From the NCBI GenBank assembly GCA_047495785.1, contig JBLDXI010000030.1, forward strand, positions 372,001-436,000: DNA of 64,000 nucleotides. The letters are read 5' to 3'. The notes under the pieces are model-generated. The model searched no databases. It was not told where the DNA came from and saw nothing but the letters and a program-made list of their open reading frames with translations. Positions within the stretch are counted from its first letter, which is position 1; every line of letters starts with the position of its first letter. The translations under genes and the position numbers were made by a program. Shown here in pieces: positions 36,043 to 46,386 of the stretch. The stretch comes from Lepidodermella squamata (lineage: Eukaryota > Animalia > Gastrotricha).

Positions 36043-38112
36043 ATGACTGATAACGACCATTGGCTGAAACAGTTTCCTCCGAGGATAGTGGATTCTAGAC
36101 ACCGCCCATCCAAACAAGCGATGGAAAGAAAACGCAAGCGCAACTCTGGGAAACCCTACCGTCAGTCAGATAAAGGGGTTAGCGCTAAGTTTAATTCCGG
36201 TCGTAAGCCTGTTTACTTCAAGTGTGGTTGCTGGCGTAAATGCTCCTTGAAATTCAATGAAAATTCAGTCAAACAATGCTTTAACACTTACTGGTCCCGA
36301 GCATCTATCGACGCTAGACGAGCATTCATCAACCGTTACCAGTGTGCGAAGTAGGATCCGGGAGCTGAGGTGTTTTCTACCTGTTTTCTAGGACCCCGCC
36401 GAAGAAACCAAAGGGTCCCCCCTGTGGTTTTTTCAGCCTTCCTCTGGTTGGAGTCCTGGAGCTGGGGTGTCGCGACACCCCAGCACCCCTGTACTTCGCA
36501 CCCTGACCGTTACGTCAGTTATAAACAGAAACGAGAGAATGGTCCTCGAAGATTTGATTATTACTTACCAGGCAACTACTTGGCAACCCCTTCGCCTTCA
36601 CAATCTAGGGACTCAATCGAAGTATGCAGGTCTTTCTTTCTGAAGGCGCTCGATGAAACTCGCGCTTTTATAAACACAACTGTTGAGAAAAAAGTCGAAG
36701 ACGGCTTCTACATCATACCAGATCAACGCGGTCGCCATAAGCCGCCGAATACCACCAGCGATAATTCTTACAAATTTGTTTATCAGCACATCACTTCTTT
36801 CGAGCGATTAGACAGTCATTATGCGAGAAGTCAAACTAGCAAGCAATATCTCGGGTCCGCGCTCAATCTGAAGGAAATGCAACGAATGTACTGCATAGCA
36901 CACCAAAACTGGGCTCTGCGTACTGATGAGAAACCCGTCAAATACGCTACTTACCGATCCATATTCAAGAGATCTTTTCCCAATCTCGCTTTCAGTCATC
37001 CGAAGAAGGACACCTGCAAGAAATGCACACGATTTGCGACTTTGCCGGATGAACTGTTCACCCATGAAGTGATCGTGGAGAAACGGAACCACGAATCCAA
37101 CAGAGACGCTGCAAGAGATGCCAAGAATGCTGACAAAATTCTAGCAAAACAGTCGAAAGGATTGATCTTGTGCATCCAGTTTGATATGCAGTCAATCCTC
37201 GAAAGCCCTTGCTGCTCGATAATGTACAAAAAAAAGTTCCACACCTCAAACCTGACTTTCTACGATACTTCATCAAAAGATGTCTACTGTTTCATGTGGG
37301 ATCAAACAGAAGGGGGTCGTGGGACGGATGAAGTTGGTTCATGTCTCTATAAATTCATCACTGAAATGATTCCTGACGAAGTTGAGCAGTTGATTCTATG
37401 GAGCGACAGCACTGGAAGCCAAAACAAATCTCAGTACATTGTCAACGCTTTATTCGCAGCCTTGTCCAATTCCAAAGGTAATCTCAAGGTCATCGATCAC
37501 AAGTTTTTCGAGCCGGGCCACTCGCAAATGGAATGTGATTCCGTGCATGCCACTATTGAAAGGGAAGCTAAGAAACGAGTCAACATCAGCTATTCAAAGG
37601 AATGGAGAGAAATCGTGGCCGCGTCGCGGAAGGCTCCGATTGATGCTGATCTGAGACTCGAAGTGTACGGCGAGGAAACACCAAACCGCTTGAAAGTGAA
37701 ACCATACAGCATAACTGAAATGCAATTTGCAAGCTTCTTCAGCTTTGACAAGTCACCAAAGTTCGCTCAGTATTTGCAAGACGAACAGAAAAATGATGTT
37801 AAATGGTCGGAGCCATGTTGGTTCAGATACGAGAAAGACTACCCTAATTATCTCCAAACCAAGAAAACTTTCGAGTTGGCTTTTCATACTTTCGTCGCCA
37901 AGCGCTACAACAAAGACGTCATTTTGTTTCCTTTCCAACTTGTTCAAAAATACGAAAAGCGATTGCCGATCGAATCCAGTCTTAAGAAGGATCTCATCGA
38001 AATGGTCAACAAAGGCACCATTCCAGAAGCTTATCGCTCAGTCATAATGGCTTACGAGGAAGACGCAGACAAACCTACTGCTTGCAGCATTGACGCTAAA
38101 CCTCCGCCGTGA
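36043..38112 (+). pseudogene. Sola-like transposase (~631 aa ancestral) interrupted by a MITE
   Basis: Motifs VCRSFFL, DQRGRH, SHYAR, KKDTCKKC, FDMQ, WSDSTGSQNK and GHSQMECDSVH. Removing the MITE gives ...RAFINRY|VSYKQK... in frame. Confidence 0.82.
36340..36505. mobile_element. 166-bp hAT-type MITE
   Basis: TIR CAGTGTGCGAAGTA / TACTTCGCACCCTG. Perfect 8-bp TSD ACCGTTAC (36332-36339, 36506-36513). Confidence 0.92.
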
Positions 38113-39401
38113 CATTACGCCCTCGAAACTTGGATGGATATGACTACTTGAAAGCGTTTCAAAATTATTAAAACAAGCTTATTGTTGCGAGTTTGAACTG
38201 TGTTTTACTCGAGCTGTCTAAGAACGATTCAGTCCATGAGTTTCTGAAACGTTTCCTCCATGATTATCTCGGAATTCCCAGCGCAGATACCTCAGAATGA
38301 CCGCAGTATCGAAGATATTTGTTGGTCATTATTTGTCCAGTACATATATTTTTTTCACACAGAATACAATGGGCTATATCTTACTACATGTGTGCGTAGT
38401 ACTATTTATAGTGCGTAGTACTCTGGATAGGAATTTTTTCATTGGCTTCTTATAGCGCAAAATCATCGATGTATATGCTTTAAAGTATAAGCATAGTGTA
38501 AATGTTGAACCCGATCCCCTTACAGCTTTGCATGAGACTTACAGGCAGATGCCAACTGTAGAGGCAATAAGATCCGTTGCCAAGGAGCTCAAACAAACAG
38601 CAAAGAGAAGCTTACCAACAGCTAATCACCCGCATCACCTAGAAGCGGTATTACCAAAGGCGGAACCGACAACTGAAGAGGCGAAGGAATCAGTGGAGGA
38701 CATAGTTTTGAAGAGACATAACTTCCCCACAGCTAAAGAAATTGAAGAGGCTGGGGCTGACCCCGCGCATATTATTGTATCTCTTTCGCACTATAATAAA
38801 AATGTGTTGGGCTCCCAACTAGCTCAGCTCACTAAAAAAGGATACAAAGACTCTCCACAGTATCAATCGATTCAAAATGATATACAGATTTTGAAAAACT
38901 TCAAGAACTCGTTGCTTGAGACATTTGAGAATCAAAGGGTGCTACTTGAGAAAACTGGTACAGGTATATCCAACAATTATTTGAAGATTGGTAGGTTTTA
39001 CGCCAGAAAAGACGACATAAAGCGAGGGGTTTTAAGGATTCGCAAGAAGAATAAAGGCAAAGTGCAAGGTTTAGCCGATATAGACATAAGTGATGGTGTC
39101 AAACAATTGCTCTTGAAAAGGTACAATCCGAAGGTGAACTTTTCCAAGCAAGACTATGATCAATACCAAAAAATTTGTGAACTGACTGGATATCGACCAA
39201 AACCCCATTCTAAAATCTGGAACAGAATTTATGTGACTGATGTTGTTGATGCCCAAAAGAGGCTCGTAAACGCGATTGGTGAAATCAGAGCGGGAAACAA
39301 TAACGCTGAAATATATAACGAAGTTGTTAGTATTGCAGATTTTCTTTTGAAGAACAATAGATTGACCAAAGCTGAATACGAAAATCTAATAACAATGGTA
39401 A

Positions 39402-40142
39402 ATGGGTGATCCAATATTTCTGCCTTTGGAATATTACTGCAATAACAGATCGGACGCCAGCAACATCATCGATCGTTACCTAAATGATAAGATCGATTTC
39501 ACAAAGCGCAGCATCGCCGTTTCATATATTCACTTTTACGATGTTTTTTATAATGTATCACAGGCTTCAGGTAATAGTAAGCTCAGATATAAAGATCCAG
39601 AAGATGCGACTTTTGAAATACGATTTCCTGATGGAACCTTCACTTTTCGTGATTATAACAATTATATTCACTTTGTTATGAAAGGAAACGGCCATTTCAA
39701 GACCATCGATGGCTCAGAAGTTTACGGCATAAGCTTATCTGTCAATACTGTTCTGAATAAACTGAGCTTTCGAATTCAACCAGGTTACGCTCTTCTGATC
39801 GAGCATGATGCTACGTCTGAATTTCTAGGTGTAGACAAAGGCGAATTCCGAGCAGATTTTAATGGGCAACATATTCCTAACATCACGATGTCAAATGACT
39901 CAATGTTTGTTCACTGTAACGTCGTCAATAATAGCCTAGTCCCGGAGGTTAGTGATGTCATCTTCACCTGTCCGATTAACAAAAATTTCGGTCAACACGT
40001 TAACATTGTTCCAAATGAGAAACGTTACTTGTCCTGTACGAATGCTAATACACAAAACATAAAAATAACGCTCACCACCCAGGCTGGTGCACCACTGGAG
40101 ATGACTGAAAGAAAATGGGGTATTGGTCTAGATATTCGCTAG
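39402..40142 (+). CDS. Minor capsid protein (penton-like)
   Basis: FYNVS...FPDGTF..DYN, FVHCNVVNNS...SDVIFT, and IKITLTTQ.G.PL match the pattern of Polinton pentons. Located next to the major capsid gene. Confidence 0.8.
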   Translation: MGDPIFLPLEYYCNNRSDASNIIDRYLNDKIDFTKRSIAVSYIHFYDVFYNVSQASGNSKLRYKDPEDATFEIRFPDGTFTFRDYNNYIHFVMKGNGHFKTIDGSEVYGISLSVNTVLNKLSFRIQPGYALLIEHDATSEFLGVDKGEFRADFNGQHIPNITMSNDSMFVHCNVVNNSLVPEVSDVIFTCPINKNFGQHVNIVPNEKRYLSCTNANTQNIKITLTTQAGAPLEMTERKWGIGLDIR

Positions 40143-40165
40143 CTTTTTCTAGTTACTTTGTTATA

Positions 40166-40465
40166 ATGAAAAATCGCAGAACTAAAGCATATGTCGTAGG
40201 ACGCGGTTACGTAGACATCGCAAGAAATATGCTCGACAAATTGACTGGTGTCTTACCGGTTCAGACTTTAGCCAAATCAGCTCTTTCAAAGGCAGCGGAA
40301 GTTGCCGGTGACAAAATAGGTGCATATGCCGCAAATAAACTTGCAGACAAAGTTATGCCGGCAAAGCCAGCTGAGCGCTCTATTCAGGCTATTGAGGAGC
40401 TTGAGAAGAAAATCAAAAGAGACATCGATAATTACACCGGAACAGGCTTTAAGCTGATACGCTAA
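40166..40465 (+). CDS. Small putative core/virion protein
   Basis: Ala/Lys-rich amphipathic ORF with VVGRG and YTGTG motifs, between penton and major capsid genes. Confidence 0.55.
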   Translation: MKNRRTKAYVVGRGYVDIARNMLDKLTGVLPVQTLAKSALSKAAEVAGDKIGAYAANKLADKVMPAKPAERSIQAIEELEKKIKRDIDNYTGTGFKLIR

Positions 40466-40484
40466 ATATCTAATGCATATATAA

Positions 40485-41858
40485 ATGCTTCAATCCGAAA
40501 TAGTGAACTGTCTCTTTGAGAGCCCGACCATAGATGATCGGCAGTTCGAAAGGAAAAGCTGGGCCGAGGTTTGTGCAACAAGCTTTATACAGGATCAGCC
40601 CTCTCAGCCTTCTCGCCTTATCTTTTCTACATATAACTTGCGTGAGTTGTTTATATTGCCGAGGGAAGCCTATATCCAGTTGACTGTTGAGTTCCGACGA
40701 AACGATAGTCAGGCTTTCAAAGCAACCGACAAGTACGCAATTAGGAACCATGTTATATCCATGTTTGAAACAGTTGAAGTGCAAGTAGGTGATAATGATA
40801 ACCAGGTAGAGCAAACACGTTATAACGAACACTGGAGCTCGTTGCTGGGCGTTATTCACTGGTCTGATGACTATGCGCGAAGTCTTGGGGAAGAATCACT
40901 TTTCGCCAGAGACTACCCAGCCCATGTCAATTATGATATGACTCCTGAAGTTACAGCAGAAAGTTTCGACCCTGCGAAGAACAGCTGCAACGAGGGACTA
41001 CTCTTGAGATCTTTGTATGTTAAGGATCATAAGATGGTTGTCACACTTTACTTAAGGGACATTCCTTTCTTCCAAAATTATTTTGGGATGTGGACCAAGG
41101 CGAGATTTCGTGTGATATTAACACCAAATTACACCAAACCCATAGTCGCAGCCATAGGGAAAAACGATGATTTGCCGGAAGGGATGCATTTCCAAATTTC
41201 GTCAGCTTATATGTTTATTCCGGAAGTCACATTGATGCCTGAAACTAGAGCACGCATTTTGAAAGCCTTCAATACGGGTCTCACGAAACTTTACAAATGG
41301 CAATCGCTAGAATGCTTTCAGAGCCCCCAGTTTGCTGTGAATAGTTCATCGGTACAATGGACAATCACATCTGAGATGAAAAAACCAAGCTGGCTGTATA
41401 TTGTATTCTTGCAAGACTTCTCAGACGCAGAGTATCAAACAAAACTGACACAAATTTACACTCAGTGGAATATATTCAGCTACTCTCTCATGATAAACAA
41501 TAAGGAGGCGTTTGCCGAGGCCAACATGAACTTTTCCCGCTTCAACGCTCACCGGCTCTATAACTATATTAAGGAAAACATGAACCATTTCAATGATCGT
41601 GAAAGCACGAACACTGGTAGTCAGCTTAGTTACCTTGATTTTTGTCGATTTTACCGTTTCCTGGCATTCAATCTGGAAAGTGTAGATGCCGGTGCTATAT
41701 ATAATTCACGCGGTGACCAAAGCGTGAGCGTCACATTCAAAGCTAGAATCAGCCCTGTCGATAAGCCATTAGTTATGTTTTGTTTTATTTTTAGAGAAAA
41801 AGAAATAGGCTTCAACTACAAAGACGACAAGCTCGAGATAAGCCTTAACATGCTCTGA
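40485..41858 (+). CDS. Major capsid protein (double jelly-roll/hexon-like), 457 aa
   Basis: Size, position and motif pattern (ILPREAYIQL, MFETVEV, IPEV, KPSWLYIVF, FLAFNL) typical of Maverick major capsids. Confidence 0.8.
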   Translation: MLQSEIVNCLFESPTIDDRQFERKSWAEVCATSFIQDQPSQPSRLIFSTYNLRELFILPREAYIQLTVEFRRNDSQAFKATDKYAIRNHVISMFETVEVQVGDNDNQVEQTRYNEHWSSLLGVIHWSDDYARSLGEESLFARDYPAHVNYDMTPEVTAESFDPAKNSCNEGLLLRSLYVKDHKMVVTLYLRDIPFFQNYFGMWTKARFRVILTPNYTKPIVAAIGKNDDLPEGMHFQISSAYMFIPEVTLMPETRARILKAFNTGLTKLYKWQSLECFQSPQFAVNSSSVQWTITSEMKKPSWLYIVFLQDFSDAEYQTKLTQIYTQWNIFSYSLMINNKEAFAEANMNFSRFNAHRLYNYIKENMNHFNDRESTNTGSQLSYLDFCRFYRFLAFNLESVDAGAIYNSRGDQSVSVTFKARISPVDKPLVMFCFIFREKEIGFNYKDDKLEISLNML

Positions 41859-41879
41859 ATTTTCTAACTTAGAATAATA

Positions 41880-42458
41880 ATGACTAAATACATTCCATTC
41901 GACATTAAACTAACAGAGACACAGAGAAGAGCATTTCAAAAACCAGGCCAAGTTGTATTGCGTTTCACAATTGATCAGCTTCTTGCAGATCCAAATGGTT
42001 CCAAGTTGTTGTTGACGCAAAGGCAGATAGATAAAGTAATGAAGAGCAAACAAAGGATGAAAGGGCTTGATATTAAACTGAGCAAAACTCAGCTCCGGAA
42101 GAATCAGTCTGGCGGGTTCCTGTTACCAGCGCTTGCCGCAGCTTCCAAATTTATAGCACCTGTAGCTGTTGCAGCGCTGAGCGGCCTTGCCAGTTCCCTC
42201 GCCAGTACAGCAGCTGACAAGATCGTAGGCAAAGGCGTGTCGCTGACAATACCAAAAGAGGATTTAAATGAACTGCAAAAGGCGGTTTCGCTTCTGGAAT
42301 CCCGACAAATTGTGCCTGCTGGCAGTAGTAAGGCAATTAAAAGCCATATAGAGCAACAGGGTGGAGCTTTTATCTTGCCGCTTGTATCAAGCTTACTGGG
42401 TGCATTCCTTCCGACCTTATTCGGAAAAGGGGTTTATATGCCGTGGGAAAAAAACTGA
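41880..42458 (+). CDS. Putative core/membrane-active virion protein with protease-cleavage motifs
   Basis: LLLTQRQI...IKLSKTQL, QSGGFLLPALAA, IVGKG, QQGGAFILPL and LFGKG; resembles the GGFL-type proteins of Mavericks and adenovirus pX. Confidence 0.65.
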   Translation: MTKYIPFDIKLTETQRRAFQKPGQVVLRFTIDQLLADPNGSKLLLTQRQIDKVMKSKQRMKGLDIKLSKTQLRKNQSGGFLLPALAAASKFIAPVAVAALSGLASSLASTAADKIVGKGVSLTIPKEDLNELQKAVSLLESRQIVPAGSSKAIKSHIEQQGGAFILPLVSSLLGAFLPTLFGKGVYMPWEKN

Positions 42459-42901
42459 CAAATACCGGGTTTTATCCCCTATCCAATCTTGAGATAACCG
42501 AAGCTTTGAAGAGGCTCCTCGGAAAAGACTTCAAGGGCTGTTATGCTCGGGATGACCTTCCTGATAAACTTGAACGAGGATATTACGTCATTAACCTGGA
42601 CGATAAAGTTAACCGCGGAAGTCATTGGGTCTCAATGGCTGTGAAGTCGACTGAAATAATCTACTTCGATAGCTTCGGGTTTATATGCCCTAATGAGATC
42701 ATTAAGCGTCGCGGCAAACGAGTTATTTGGTATTCCACACATGATATACAACATCCTGGCTCTGTTGCATGTGGCTTCTATGCCATTTACTTTCTAAGAG
42801 AATTAGGTAAAGGTAGGGATAAGTTAGCTATTTTGCTAGACTTCAATAACACCGGGTCACCGCACAATGATGACTTACTGAAAAATCTATTGTTAAGCTA
42901 G
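42443..42901 (+). CDS. Adenain-like cysteine protease
   Basis: INLD...GSHWV (His), YFDSFG (Asp), IQ...SVACGFY (Gln/Cys). Confidence 0.92.
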   Translation: MGKKLTNTGFYPLSNLEITEALKRLLGKDFKGCYARDDLPDKLERGYYVINLDDKVNRGSHWVSMAVKSTEIIYFDSFGFICPNEIIKRRGKRVIWYSTHDIQHPGSVACGFYAIYFLRELGKGRDKLAILLDFNNTGSPHNDDLLKNLLLS

Positions 42902-42903
42902 AT

Positions 42904-43083
42904 ATGTATTGCCTGCATTGTAGGAAAAACACTAAATCAGTGAATGAGCAGCAATTAGCCACTCGTAATAACCGAGCTCTCATGACAGGATCTTGTACAC
43001 TCTGCGGTATGACAAAGTATAAATTCATAAGAATGTTAAAGAGAAACGCCATCGTAGATAAAAAGGATGCAAGCGTCCGTTGA
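42904..43083 (+). CDS. Zinc-ribbon protein (DUF5679-like), 59 aa, absent from the ORF track
   Basis: Manual translation: MYCLHCRKNT...TRNNRALMTGSCTLCGMTKYKF... Confidence 0.7.
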   Translation: MYCLHCRKNTKSVNEQQLATRNNRALMTGSCTLCGMTKYKFIRMLKRNAIVDKKDASVR

Positions 43084-43573
43084 AGATGAATTGAAGAGAC
43101 TGATGGATAATTTTGAGAATTCTAAATCAGTGAGAAAGACATTTTCTACCATGCCTTACGTGTATTGCGATGCGTGTGCCACAGAACTTTTGCTTGACGA
43201 AAGGGCGAATTTCAACGTATGCCCAAACTGCGGTTTATGTTATCCATACTGTGAGCACTCCCCGCCATTCAAATTAGTACCTTACAAACGAAAATGGCAT
43301 TTAATGACTGTAATTAAAAAGCGCGGTATAGAAATGCTACCTCCTCAACTTGAGAGGCTGATGTCGAGCTTTATCAAGTTTGACTCGGGCTATGCAGAAC
43401 TCTTTCCCGATCAAAATATGATGCACCTTGACTTTGTTATCAAAGCTCTGGCTCAGGAACATGGATACGACCTTGTGGCACAGAGCGTACACGTGAAATC
43501 GGTTAACGATAAGACGCTGAGGCAATGGCGGAATAAGTATAATCTAGTCATCGCTCATTATGAGATCGAATGA
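43067..43573 (+). CDS. VLTF3-like (poxvirus late transcription factor 3) zinc-ribbon protein
   Basis: CDAC...VCPNCG followed by YKRKWH and a helical C-terminus. Confidence 0.55.
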   Translation: MQASVEDELKRLMDNFENSKSVRKTFSTMPYVYCDACATELLLDERANFNVCPNCGLCYPYCEHSPPFKLVPYKRKWHLMTVIKKRGIEMLPPQLERLMSSFIKFDSGYAELFPDQNMMHLDFVIKALAQEHGYDLVAQSVHVKSVNDKTLRQWRNKYNLVIAHYEIE

Positions 43574-44219
43574 AATATTCATTCCAAGTGAATGGTTTGA
43601 AAATACTCGACAGGCAGCAATTTATTTGAGGGCAGACGGCAGTACTCCATTCGCGGCAAACCTAAACGCGAATAGCTACTGCATCGAAAATTTGGGCGGC
43701 CCCGTTTTCGACAACGATGCTGTAAGCAAAAATTGGGTTGAGCGAAGTTGTTTAATGATTCAATCCGATCAGACTGTTGACTTTAAAAATGCTAGGCTCA
43801 CGAACATCCATCCACCAATAAATCCAAACGATGGCGCGATTCGGGCTTCCAGATTGATATGCTCTGGCAAGGTTTCTCTTGCGCGCGAGAATAAGCTAAG
43901 TTTTGATAACATGATTTCCGGAATGCCTGAAGTAAGCGATAGCTTAGTGTTTCGGGCAGACTTAACAGCCAGAGTGGAAATGTGGTTCCGGCTGGACGAC
44001 AACAGAGCCACATCCTTCACCCTTGATTTCTTCAAAAACAACGGTAACTTGTTCTCGAAATACTTCAACTATAACAATGTTAATTTGGAGAGCAGCAATG
44101 AATACTGTTCCTTTATAGAGCGATTCCGATTGAATGATAGCTTAACGGTTATTGCAGCAGCTGACGAAAGCATACAACTGTCATACATTTTGATTATTTC
44201 TAACCTAAAGAATACGTGA
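43560..44219 (+). CDS. Fibre-like protein
   Basis: YLRADGS...IENLGGP...DAVSKNWV plus a second LTNIHPP...DGA repeat (tail-fibre shaft-type motif), then a beta-rich C-terminal domain. Confidence 0.55.
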   Translation: MRSNEIFIPSEWFENTRQAAIYLRADGSTPFAANLNANSYCIENLGGPVFDNDAVSKNWVERSCLMIQSDQTVDFKNARLTNIHPPINPNDGAIRASRLICSGKVSLARENKLSFDNMISGMPEVSDSLVFRADLTARVEMWFRLDDNRATSFTLDFFKNNGNLFSKYFNYNNVNLESSNEYCSFIERFRLNDSLTVIAAADESIQLSYILIISNLKNT

Positions 44220-44233
44220 TAAATATATTCAGA

Positions 44234-44815
44234 ATGAATGACAACCAGCTAAAAACAGTAGATAGTATTTACCCCACTGCTCCTAGACTACAAATGTCTT
44301 CTACTCAAGAGTTCAGGCTTGCTGAGCTCCGGCGCCTAAATGATGTTTTCAACACAGAAATATCGAAAAGAAAGAAGCTTTATAATAGGTATTCCCGTTT
44401 TTCGTCAATTTGCAAAGCTACTATTCATGGAATAACGGGCGGCACAACATCGCTTGCTATTGGTGGAATCGCACTACTGTCACTTGGCCTCCCAACCGGT
44501 ATTATGTTGGAGATTACTGCAGCTTCGGGCGGCATGGTCATACTAGCTCTCAACCTGCTTGACTTAAAGTTCGAAAGGAAAGCCGAAAAACATGAAAGAA
44601 TCGCCACTCTTGCCATGTCGAAAGCCAACTCAATAGGCGACATGATCAAAACAGCCCTGGAAGATAACCACATCAGTGACACTGAGTATCAGGTTATTAT
44701 GAGAGAAAACGAGAAATTCCATGATATGAAAAAGTTGCTTCAGAAGAGTTTAAACTGTGACCGCACGCAGATATTTCTTGAGGAACTGAAAAAGCACGGT
44801 GTGAACGTCCCTTGA
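44234..44815 (+). CDS. Conserved-looking Maverick membrane-associated protein
   Basis: FRL...E...R, two Gly/Ala-rich hydrophobic segments, and KAEKH..IA.LA.SK.NSI...ALED..ISD.EY. Confidence 0.6.
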   Translation: MNDNQLKTVDSIYPTAPRLQMSSTQEFRLAELRRLNDVFNTEISKRKKLYNRYSRFSSICKATIHGITGGTTSLAIGGIALLSLGLPTGIMLEITAASGGMVILALNLLDLKFERKAEKHERIATLAMSKANSIGDMIKTALEDNHISDTEYQVIMRENEKFHDMKKLLQKSLNCDRTQIFLEELKKHGVNVP

Positions 44816-44816
44816 G

Positions 44817-45071
44817 CTAGCGAAAAGGCGAGTAAAATATCACACGTTTCTTTGGTGTTCTAACTACTTTAGCATGATTGCCTTTGATTTTCGAAGGCTT
44901 TTTAATTCTATCCCTATTCACAAAATACCCTAGCAACGCGGCGATTACACTCAATGCAACAAAAATGCGTTGAAGCTGGGTGTTCGTCCTTAAGCAGTCG
45001 ATCTGAAGTTCTCTAACAAGCACCTTAATATATGAGATTATTTCTTCTTGGGCACTCGAGTAAGTATTCAT
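44817..45071 (-). CDS. Small single-pass membrane protein
   Basis: IFVALSVIAALLGYFV followed by a basic tail. Part of a tightly packed minus-strand trio. Confidence 0.5.
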   Translation of the reverse strand: MNTYSSAQEEIISYIKVLVRELQIDCLRTNTQLQRIFVALSVIAALLGYFVNRDRIKKPSKIKGNHAKVVRTPKKRVIFYSPFR

Positions 45072-45089
45072 TAAGTATTAAAACGATTT

Positions 45090-45425
45090 TTATTTTTCTC
45101 GTCGCGCCCTCATTTCAGCTATGAATTTCTCTATATCTGACTTCCTTTTCTGTCGCCGTTCAGACAGCTCAGCTTTGCGCCTCTGGCTCTGTAACTTACG
45201 GTCGTTATCTTCTTTTTCCCTTGCAGTCAGCAAATCGCTGTATTTCTGTTCAATGACAGCCTTCTCGTTCTCCAAAGTCTTAATACGGGTATTTGAGGAC
45301 TGTCTCTTGAGCGAGGAATACTGATCGCTGATAATCTCAACTTCCTGCTTCAGTTTGTTGATATCTTCATCCTTCTCATCGACAATTTCATCGACCTCTG
45401 TGTATGAAAGAAATCCTTTCTCCAT
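45090..45425 (-). CDS. Coiled-coil protein
   Basis: E/K/R-rich 111-aa ORF abutting its neighbours. Confidence 0.5.
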   Translation of the reverse strand: MEKGFLSYTEVDEIVDEKDEDINKLKQEVEIISDQYSSLKRQSSNTRIKTLENEKAVIEQKYSDLLTAREKEDNDRKLQSQRRKAELSERRQKRKSDIEKFIAEMRARREK

Positions 45426-45432
45426 GCTTATA

Positions 45433-45690
45433 TTATTTACCGAGAAATCTTCTTCTTAGCAGGTAAGCTTTCTTGCCGCCGACATGGGTGACATCATTTG
45501 GAATCAGACTGACGTTGATGCCACCGCCCTTCAACGATGAGAACCGTTGTTGTTTGCCTAAATGATAGTAAATCGTGCCTCTGCTGAGTCCCACTTCAGC
45601 TGCGATTTCATCTACTGTCTTGGAGCTATTCTGATATTCATGGATTGCTTGGCTGATTTTGTCTGGATTTATTGCCTTGCGACGAAGCAT
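45433..45690 (-). CDS. Helix-turn-helix DNA-binding protein
   Basis: KTVDEIAAEVGLSRGTIYYHL. Confidence 0.7.
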   Translation of the reverse strand: MLRRKAINPDKISQAIHEYQNSSKTVDEIAAEVGLSRGTIYYHLGKQQRFSSLKGGGINVSLIPNDVTHVGGKKAYLLRRRFLGK

Positions 45691-46092
45691 CTTATATTTA
45701 TTTGAGAAATTTAAATATTTAAATATTTCAATGTTCCATAGTTCAAATGTTCAAACTAAATAAAGGATGTCATCAGCCAATTTATATATTAAAATATTTT
45801 AACATTTGTATGTTGAAATGCGGATTGTTACTTCTGCAATCGATTGGCTTCAACGCCCGATGGAGTCACGCACCAGTTCGTCTCTTTATGCGAGCCACGC
45901 GGAACTCAAAATGGCTTGTGTCATCTATTAGTAATAATAAGCATTACTGAAATATTAATTTAGAGAATGAAAAGGAGAAGCTGCAAGAGATGTTGCTTCC
46001 CTCAAGTAACTCGCTGATTTGCGTAAATGAACAATGAACTATTCTTAAATTGAGGTAAATTTAAAAGTCAAAATGGGATGCAGTCAACAATT

Positions 46093-46386
46093 TTAGTCCT
46101 CGTCACTTGATGGCACAATGTCGTCAAATACAGTTAGAAATTGCGTAAATGCTTTTCGGGTTTCTTCATCATCAAAGGGGTACCGTTTAACTGCAGTTTC
46201 GACGCGTCTTCGCTCGATGTCTTCGTATGCAGATCTGCGCTTCTTTATCCTGCAGAATCGAGATACTCTCGAATAGTGTGCCAAAGCATCTTCGATGCGC
46301 ATTCTCGGAAACAGACTTTCCATTGCACGAACTTCTCGGTTGGGTTCGTCCCTAGTAGGCCTGATACTTTTGACATAGGTGCTCAC
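46093..46386 (-). CDS. Hypothetical Polinton protein
   Basis: 97-aa ORF with a protein-like composition. No family recognised. Confidence 0.4.
   Translation of the reverse strand: MSTYVKSIRPTRDEPNREVRAMESLFPRMRIEDALAHYSRVSRFCRIKKRRSAYEDIERRRVETAVKRYPFDDEETRKAFTQFLTVFDDIVPSSDED

Larger units (their letters stand above)
34486..38465 (+). mobile_element. Sola-type DNA transposon nested in the Polinton
   Basis: TIR TGGTTTTGCGCTAAAA vs revcomp TGATTTTGCGCTATAA (14/16). 4-bp TSD TCGA (34482-34485, 38466-38469). Contains a DDD transposase, and excision restores the target ORF. Confidence 0.8.
34376..39409 (+). pseudogene. Polinton ORF (~349 aa) split by the Sola insertion (pieces 34376-34485 and 38470-39409)
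   Basis: Removing 34486-38469 gives an open frame: MPLRELTT...MVKGDVD|VYALKYKHSVNVEPDPLTALHETYRQ...EIRAGNNN. It lies just upstream of the penton gene. Confidence 0.8.

Noticed and set aside
36352-36354. Programmed readthrough of the single in-frame TAG in the transposase
   Set aside because: The stop lies within the MITE terminus, so insertion explains it.
34470-38483. Alternative Kolobok-type (TTAA TSD) boundaries for the nested transposon
   Set aside because: Excision at TTAA gives GTT AAA GTA TAA (stop), whereas the TCGA boundaries give better TIRs and restore the viral ORF.
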